From Candidatus Kerfeldbacteria bacterium (GTDB taxonomy: Bacteria; Patescibacteriota; Patescibacteriia; UBA10025; JAHIVO01): a stretch of DNA of 64,000 nucleotides. The notes under the pieces are model-generated. The model worked only from the letters and a program-made list of their open reading frames with translations, was not told the origin of the DNA and ran no database searches. The DNA lies in contig CP181398.1 in NCBI GenBank assembly GCA_047946875.1, positions 1,233,329 to 1,297,328 of the forward strand, in the 5' to 3' direction. How positions within the stretch are numbered: position 1 is the first letter of the stretch; each line of letters opens with the position of its first letter. Positions 59,301 through 64,000 of this stretch are shown here, piece after piece. A program made the position numbers and the translations under genes.

Positions 59301-62261
59301 CCATTATCAGGGGGTGATGCAGAATGTGAAGAAATTAAGGGGGAACCTAACGAACTTGAACTAGATCTTAATCAATTTTTTACAACAAAATGGTATCCAA
59401 GAGAGATTGACCCTCCAGCACCATCAACAATATATTGGACGGAGGAAACTGACAAGGGTATAGTCCCCTCTCCGAATGGTAATTTGGATGAAAATAATAT
59501 TGCTAAGATTGTTACACCGGGTGATGTGAATAAAACTGGTATTTCCTATAACCTTGGTGATACTATAATAAAGGATTATGAATATGCGATGTCTTTCAAA
59601 TTAAGATGGTCAAGTGTCCCATCAGAGTTTGATAAGATAAGAGTGGAGCTAGAATATAGAGACCCAGATGGAGTTCTTGTGAATTGGAATCAACGTTTTG
59701 CTGAAGATATTACGCCAAGTGAAAATTGGACAGAATATGCTCTTGGGCCGATACCGGCTGGATTTGATGAAGGGCTTACTACAATTACTAATTATGGAGA
59801 TGTTTCTCTAAATATTATTCATGTATATGATCCAGCTGGTGGGGCGGTACCTTCAGTAACATTTTATATCGACGATGTATCTATGGATCCAGTTTTGACT
59901 ACAAAGAATGGTACTTGCCAAACAGTTAGTGATGATCTAGCTGTCCAAACTGCTTATGAAGTGACTGGGTTTGCTGATAAACAATGTAATTCAATTGGTG
60001 ATTGTGCGACGGCTGGATTTAATGACTTGGCAGTAAAATGCGAAGGTATGGAGAATATTGCAAGATCTTGTAGATTATATCCAAAAGACGATTCTAGATA
60101 TTGTACTTATGTTGATCAAAATAATACAACCTTCCAAGGTTGGTATGGATATTGTCTTGAGCAGGATCCAAATAATTCAGAATATTGTTTGAACTGGTGG
60201 CCAGTTGATTTGCTTAGTGGTGAATCAGATGTATTTGGAACCTTACCTCCGTTTAATTTGAAAATACGTCAGCCTCTATATATGTGTCTGGAAGCGGAAG
60301 GTAATTATAATAATGGATTATTTATTGGAAATATTGATGTAAATGATAATAATTGGAATTCGTGCCACGACGATGATAACGGCAATAGTAGTAAAGATCT
60401 TCCAGAAGTAGCATCTCCTCTAGTTGGTATTACAAAGGGTTATCAACAGACTATGGTAACCCCTCATGATAGAACTCCTAATTGGCATGGTGATAGCTGT
60501 AATCAACAAGGAGAAGTTTATAATTTGATTCCTAATAGAGATTCAGGCACACACCCCGGAGTTTTATTTTCTTGTGATGATGGTGATGGTGGTTGTGGTT
60601 CACCTTCTGCTCCCGCAACACCTCTCTTACCAGAAGATCAATATTATATGTGGGAAATTGAAAGGATAGTTGTAGTTGGTCAATTATGGAGTCATGAAGA
60701 TTGGGATCCTAAAAATGCATCAAAATATCGACAATATAATGATGCAGGGAATGAATCTATGGATTTTAGTAACTCTGCTGTTTATGGGGATGACCCTAAT
60801 ATTAATGGATTTCCGTATTTTATTTTTCCAACGGATTATATTAATATTAATAATCTAAAAGCCTCTTGGTCTTCTCCCGGTAGTACAGTATGGAGCGCTT
60901 CTTATGGAAGTTTTAATATAGATGTAGGTGGTAATGATGGTAATTGGGACCCTGCAAATGTTCATAAATCAAATATTTTTACTTTTAGCCTTATTTTTGA
61001 TGCTAATGATAAATTAACTACAATTGGTACGTATATTCATGATTATGATAATGGAGGGGCATTTTGGGCAACTCCAATCTTTTATCTAAAAGATCAGTGT
61101 ACAAGAATTGTGGGAGTGAATAAAGCTGATAATACAAATAAAGCTTGGGCTAGTAAATTAAATAGTAATAGTTCTTATCGAGTTCCAGATCTTGATTATA
61201 CTTATAATCAATTTTCTAGTCCTTATGGCGGTATTATTCAGCCTAGCCCGATTACTTCTGAACCCGTAAATTGGAATGCTTCTAATGGGGCTGGACCGCT
61301 ATTTCTACAAAGTCCTACCAATCATGCTCATGCTGGAAGTGCCTATAGTTTTGTATCTCCAAATGATTCAGCTGGTCGCTTGTGTAGTGTGATTGTTGCA
61401 GGAGCTAATTACTCAACACAAAATGTATGTCTAGATATGGAGGATGTAGAAGAATGTAATCTTGCTGGTGGTACTTGTATTGGTACAGGACAAGGTTTTT
61501 GTGAACAAGATCCAACTATATTCTGTCGTCCAACACTACCAGTAGCTGATCCAATATTTGATACAGATTGTGAGGATTCTAGTTTCGATTATTACGGTCC
61601 ATGTATTATGGGTACTGGTGGTGCTGCAGGTATAATAAATTATACTGACGGAATGGATATAATAAGACTATTATTTGCCAATACTTTTCAAGTTTGGGAT
61701 TGGAATGATACAGGTGGTTTGTATGAAGTATCTAGTTCAGTAGTTTCTACTGATTTAGTAGATCAGGATGCAAATACCTCAATTTATAATGGTATGCCTT
61801 TGTGTCTACCTGTTGGTTCTCAATTCCGTACACCAAATACTTATTGTGGAATACCTCCAGTCTTAGATGTTACGTTAAGCAATTCACCTGGTCAGACTGT
61901 TGATTTGAGTCATGCAGGTGGAAGAGTTTCATTTACTGTTAATGTCAAAGCAGATCCTGAGCAATTACCTATTACGCAGATAGAGATTGATTGGAACGCT
62001 TTGGACGGGGATAGTGTGGATCAAACACTGTTTGGACCTTTTGATTCTGGTACCTTTATAATTAATCATGTTTATACTACTTCAGGTTCTGGAGGACAAA
62101 CTTTTCAGCCACAATTTAAAGTTATAGATAATTGGGATTGGTGTGGAGCATCTTCTGATGAACCATGTACTAATAATACTAATTGTCGTAATACAGGTGA
62201 ACCTGGTTATACTTGTGATTGGGTAAATCCTGGAATTTTTGTTAATGTTAGTGCAATATAG
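53361..62261 (+). CDS. Giant (2966 aa) cysteine-rich, Asn/Gly/Asp/Thr-rich exported surface protein
   Basis: Uninterrupted 8.9-kb ORF. N-terminal TM/signal (WILVGVLVFFAIQLLMPIIVMPKQANA). More than 100 Cys, often in C-x(2-8)-C pairs. No recognisable enzymatic motif. The antisense ORF 53354-53614 is rejected. Confidence 0.85.
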   Translation: MSKGKNKISSFKKKWILVGVLVFFAIQLLMPIIVMPKQANAVLGVGDTTITLGDIPRLIWDSISSAIKKAGAVAFKNAVKTFANNLAYNAATGLATGEKGEKPLFTTEPLKILEQAADIAAGDFLDSVAGDWLGKAKCAGYYGEDVSCKDDQGCPTPVLDCTAIENFTSLQKSICSEGVEFMEVCLAQGCVIEEIENREMFNFLMDIGVVGVNNEPYIEGSPKCTNDFSLCDQSDLFKVNINIKTRASLDPATKDTISGKCQVTDIIDIMEQNVDDANNLWEDLTNKEKNNLYLQQIAKGFNPEVSELGAYITISNRTKDEAAKAQKNTEFSEQLSGGLSSVTSKISGAVKTPGPLLESAINSTFKTSLDLQNTFTGEIIADAIGTFTSTLANKMMDKYFEGLVEPELNSGGGSSSLLGGLLGGVRSGITAAKLLFADLKQVNYSVGGNLDILSSLASCPDTEDPTQDTCVIDSRFYTAIEQQLTVREALDAGLLDGNKLFGYDINGNQPEYYNGYPYRSLVILRKYRVLPVGWELAANYMREYARGFYSLNILIDEYDNIDSPFYHLVDPNWVLKAPSVYCERQGAGDKIEYSDAIRSEDTNKLPDSGIDSKDAAIPIVTRNSNYCADEQLCLIENDDGSCKKYGYCIEEEPIWKFAGAACQEEYSSCQSFGENENYLTNSLDYGTCNSENAGCQWYCQDYDLVSGEWQCTNQDPPAGGNKISFNDNAESCSANGEGCSEYIPITNSGANLVKNSNFEDFDTTADVALATDGLRDLALPIPPPFGGTSLPDDFADWSHNYVNGVDPCQQRSLASSDSFGGLTAARIHQYPACPSGDGQYMTQRLDTGYLTDNRTFTVSFYAKRAEGGTCNATNDNVLIDFTRNFAPASPGPPPILADVQYVGGQTANVSADWTRYALTFNFDSQPASRWNWGTTALNNHYKRTFILFVRHNSTDCDILIDNIQVEEGGLTNYKAYEDSSKTYLKKAPEYLNCTGGPFDDPLCLNFALNCSADEVGCQKFTSTTSGQSVTGTITNIGICNPNDPSSCDQCPLEFVGCQAYRELATENVPYRPAVDPVSFVQETGLSCPASAVGCEEYTNLEEIAAGGEGREYYSWIKQCVEESDPNVSTYYTWEGSEEFGYQLKDYQLKTSNVADPDILGPPLNTTKYGPCTNMAPEDPYLDTLGLGWNTCIDDEVVDRNGDGIIDETYDMQVCTLAEVGVDPDCAEFIDEEGYRFYRLKSKVIYTSSNCKVYRNSLDSGATCQAGFCTNNNSICATDSTCTDILYHMIPNQGNSCSAQYAGCRAYKGNAGDNSHVIYSYNFESGDLDTWNSGVPANPTLLSNESVNFGGHSMLFFDAAYYRWLTAANELLPIKGNSYNLSFWAKAGTSDSIIEASFGQMGFTKKFEGSAVARVGEWNQYEVGPLYVDWDVLPNSISMFFETTGSVYIDNIQLSEIVDNIYKVKDSYTRCDGYENCDQYTDIPGATHYLKSFSSLCGEDKIGCEAMIDTKNSSTPGELEYEVAAGVLKYIPKDTTITLVNDPNKRCSAGEKGCEWLGVPTINSVGNVSSFDDAYIKNDPDKYDTDLCLFEESGCKEYITPEGSKYYFKDPTSNICEYKRVAGQSKSGWYQNETNVGEPDCPVTVGVCKNSPISDEGKACGTDLDCDDGAGFCAIGYCEDNTTLCSDNGMCVGDCIPSFNVVPQPNGEWAGVCPITASTCTEYRDPEKPFFYDSATPGDITYCDVTLADGGSDGDNTYDCDSYYYLSNEIDEASCNGLVDREEGCLLFNNTAAENLIFYADDTKNGTAPEVCDITTVPPEECDSNIIIKVNKDRVCGRWIDCETSIPPTDGSSNSLCTEINICEKMDSLSTNCIKWDGKASDINQTYDTPAFVDKIKNYSGLVLAGLDWDKRCTNDTNKVCLVDTDCGTLPAHKCSDPQIYEGSLPTALMSQVGSAAFNGNLIPDGDFGDSNYKLNQKLSCPLSGGDAECEEIKGEPNELELDLNQFFTTKWYPREIDPPAPSTIYWTEETDKGIVPSPNGNLDENNIAKIVTPGDVNKTGISYNLGDTIIKDYEYAMSFKLRWSSVPSEFDKIRVELEYRDPDGVLVNWNQRFAEDITPSENWTEYALGPIPAGFDEGLTTITNYGDVSLNIIHVYDPAGGAVPSVTFYIDDVSMDPVLTTKNGTCQTVSDDLAVQTAYEVTGFADKQCNSIGDCATAGFNDLAVKCEGMENIARSCRLYPKDDSRYCTYVDQNNTTFQGWYGYCLEQDPNNSEYCLNWWPVDLLSGESDVFGTLPPFNLKIRQPLYMCLEAEGNYNNGLFIGNIDVNDNNWNSCHDDDNGNSSKDLPEVASPLVGITKGYQQTMVTPHDRTPNWHGDSCNQQGEVYNLIPNRDSGTHPGVLFSCDDGDGGCGSPSAPATPLLPEDQYYMWEIERIVVVGQLWSHEDWDPKNASKYRQYNDAGNESMDFSNSAVYGDDPNINGFPYFIFPTDYININNLKASWSSPGSTVWSASYGSFNIDVGGNDGNWDPANVHKSNIFTFSLIFDANDKLTTIGTYIHDYDNGGAFWATPIFYLKDQCTRIVGVNKADNTNKAWASKLNSNSSYRVPDLDYTYNQFSSPYGGIIQPSPITSEPVNWNASNGAGPLFLQSPTNHAHAGSAYSFVSPNDSAGRLCSVIVAGANYSTQNVCLDMEDVEECNLAGGTCIGTGQGFCEQDPTIFCRPTLPVADPIFDTDCEDSSFDYYGPCIMGTGGAAGIINYTDGMDIIRLLFANTFQVWDWNDTGGLYEVSSSVVSTDLVDQDANTSIYNGMPLCLPVGSQFRTPNTYCGIPPVLDVTLSNSPGQTVDLSHAGGRVSFTVNVKADPEQLPITQIEIDWNALDGDSVDQTLFGPFDSGTFIINHVYTTSGSGGQTFQPQFKVIDNWDWCGASSDEPCTNNTNCRNTGEPGYTCDWVNPGIFVNVSAI

Positions 62262-62277
62262 TAGTTAATATAATATT

Positions 62278-64000
62278 ATGTTTTCTTATTTTTTGAGAAA
62301 AATTAAAGATTTTTTTATTATTAAACCTCGATTGGCTAAATTTTCCGTGGTTGTTTTAGTGTTGGTAGTAGCTGTAGGAATATTTTCTTTTGCATCACCG
62401 GCAAGTGCTGCTGGGGTAGGAGATTATTTAGCTGATGGTATATCTTGGTTACTATTAGCTTTAGCTGCATTTATTGGTAAATTATTAGTTTTAGTAATTG
62501 GTGTATTATTGGAGATTGTATCTTATAATGATTTTACAAACTCTCCTGCGGTAGAAAAGGGTTGGATAGTACTTCGTGATCTGTGTAATTTATTTTTTAT
62601 ATTAATATTATTAGTCATTGCTTTCGGCTCTATATTAAGATTAGAAAATTATAAATATAATAAACTTCTTGGTAAGTTAGTGATCATGATTATTCTGGTT
62701 AATTTCTCTAGAATGATTGCGGGATTTTTTATTGACGTTAGTCAAGTTGTATTATTAACATTTACAAATGCTTTTTCTGGTGCTGCAGCAGCAAATTTTA
62801 CGACAGGTTTGAAGCTTAAAGAAATGTTAAATATTTCTGGTGTAAATGCTAGGTCAGGAGGTATTACGGCAACTGATCTATTAAGTTTATCATTATTACC
62901 AGTTATTTTATTAACTGTAGCTCTGTTTACCATGGTTGCTATGGTGGCAGTATTCTTGGTACGTATTATAATGTTATGGGTACTGATAATATTATCACCA
63001 CTGGCATATTTGTTAGCAGTATTACCTACCACTCAAAAATACAGTCAACAGTGGTGGTCAAATTTTGTGAAATGGACAGTAACTGGACCAATTCTAGCCT
63101 TTTTTATCTGGTTTGGGTTGACTTTGATATCTGGGGGAGATTTAGTTGATATTAATAATTCAGGTACTCAGCTGGTAAATTCTGGTGGTTCTGCGACGGC
63201 AGTAAATATATCTAATGTATCTGATTCTCAAAGTCTATTATCTTTTGTAATGGCTATTGGTATGTTTATTATATCTTTGATAACCGCTCAGAGTTTAGGT
63301 GGAATGGCTGGTAGCATGGCTGGGAAAGCACTAGGCGGTTTGAAAACTATGGGAGCAAAGGCTTTGAAATATACTTCACCTGCCCTTGGTGTAGCCAAAG
63401 GAGCTGGTGAATTAGCTAAAATGGGTGGCAGAAAACTTCGTCGTGAATACCGTGATAGCACGCTTGGAAAATATACAAATATCGGTGCGACGATTGCCGG
63501 GGCTAAAAAACGTGGTGAAGAGGTAGAGTCTTTTTCTAAGGAAAGAGCAACTGCTCAAGGTAAAGAAATGTGGGATAAAAGACCTGGATTTACTGGTGGA
63601 GGAGCTGATGTAGTTCCGGAAGTTCAGATGGTTGAGCGTAGATACGAAAGGAAAGTTGCTGGTGAAGTATCTACTCTACAAAAAGAACAAAAATCAGCTT
63701 TACTTAAAAAAGTTTGGGACAAAAAAGGAAAGCAAGCTGAAATTACCAGAAAAGCCTTATTACAAAGTTTGGGTGCTGAAGGTCATATTGATGATGCCTT
63801 GGATACAGATTTCTTTAAAAATGAGGCAAAGTGGACGGATGCAAGTGGTAAATCTCAAAATGGTTTTAAAGATAAAAATGGTAATTTTGATTCTAATATG
63901 GCTAGAAGTAATTTTATGAGAGCTACTGTTTCTAGCGGTGGTCAGAGAAGTGCTCGGGTTAAAGATATAGATCCAAATTCTCTTGGTACATTATATGACA
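62278..64000 (+). CDS. VirB6/TrbL-like polytopic membrane protein (partial, continues beyond window end)
   Basis: Open frame from ATG 62278 to the window edge (hand-translated, no stop). Signal peptide (SFASPASAAG), at least 6 TM helices, then Gly/Ala/Lys-rich hydrophilic tail. This architecture is typical of T4SS VirB6/TrbL. Starts 16 nt after the giant gene's stop. Confidence 0.45.
   Translation, partial: MFSYFLRKIKDFFIIKPRLAKFSVVVLVLVVAVGIFSFASPASAAGVGDYLADGISWLLLALAAFIGKLLVLVIGVLLEIVSYNDFTNSPAVEKGWIVLRDLCNLFFILILLVIAFGSILRLENYKYNKLLGKLVIMIILVNFSRMIAGFFIDVSQVVLLTFTNAFSGAAAANFTTGLKLKEMLNISGVNARSGGITATDLLSLSLLPVILLTVALFTMVAMVAVFLVRIIMLWVLIILSPLAYLLAVLPTTQKYSQQWWSNFVKWTVTGPILAFFIWFGLTLISGGDLVDINNSGTQLVNSGGSATAVNISNVSDSQSLLSFVMAIGMFIISLITAQSLGGMAGSMAGKALGGLKTMGAKALKYTSPALGVAKGAGELAKMGGRKLRREYRDSTLGKYTNIGATIAGAKKRGEEVESFSKERATAQGKEMWDKRPGFTGGGADVVPEVQMVERRYERKVAGEVSTLQKEQKSALLKKVWDKKGKQAEITRKALLQSLGAEGHIDDALDTDFFKNEAKWTDASGKSQNGFKDKNGNFDSNMARSNFMRATVSSGGQRSARVKDIDPNSLGTLYD

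Noticed and set aside
62742-63919. Short ORFs 62742-63032 (-) and 63632-63919 (+) from the track
   Set aside because: Both lie inside, or out of frame with, the long open frame 62278 to the window end. That frame translates into a coherent signal-peptide plus multi-TM protein.
1-64000. CRISPR arrays, IS elements or transposases, integrases, rRNA genes
   Set aside because: No regularly spaced direct repeats, no DDE or tyrosine-recombinase-like ORFs, and no rRNA-like conserved blocks were seen. The only repeats are the 61-nt gene-flank repeat, the tRNA-associated palindromes and the islet hairpins.

Overview
This 64-kb window is AT-rich (roughly 30-35% GC by eye), densely packed, and consists mostly of housekeeping genes. 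I could place gyrA, rpsA (S1), ftsH, hup (HU), rny-ymdB, clpP, nrnA-like, rbfA, infB, a bactofilin, trxA-trxB-gdhA behind a CsoR-like repressor, dksA-lspA, an IMPase, rsuA-like, comM/yifB, a two-component system, an M23/LysM peptidase, leuS, tsaC, an MFS transporter, rsmA/ksgA, and three tRNAs: Ile(UAU), Arg(CCU) and Ala(GGC). The low GC, compact housekeeping set and several very large Cys/Gly/Asp-rich exported proteins resemble a Patescibacteria/CPR-type or other small-genome, host-associated bacterium. That placement is inference, not established.

The accessory features I think are most worth a second look:
- A 2966-aa cysteine-rich surface protein, followed after only 16 nt by a VirB6/TrbL-like polytopic membrane protein that is cut off by the window end. 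This may be a T4SS-like host-interaction locus.
- Two paralogous exported proteins (893 and 1307 aa) that combine beta-helix / prealbumin-like domains with a C-terminal FG-GAP-type beta-propeller. The first is flanked by a 61-nt direct repeat and is preceded by a remnant of a third paralog.
- A LeuRS that carries an inserted ASCH (YqfB-like) domain.
- A partial tRNA-Ile copy interrupted by two GC-rich palindromes, next to an intact tRNA-Ile(UAU) and a higher-GC islet that encodes an OMP-like beta-barrel protein.
- A perfect 18-nt palindrome, ATGTTCCACGTGGAACAT, upstream of two tRNA genes.

I found no CRISPR array, rRNA gene, transposase or integrase.
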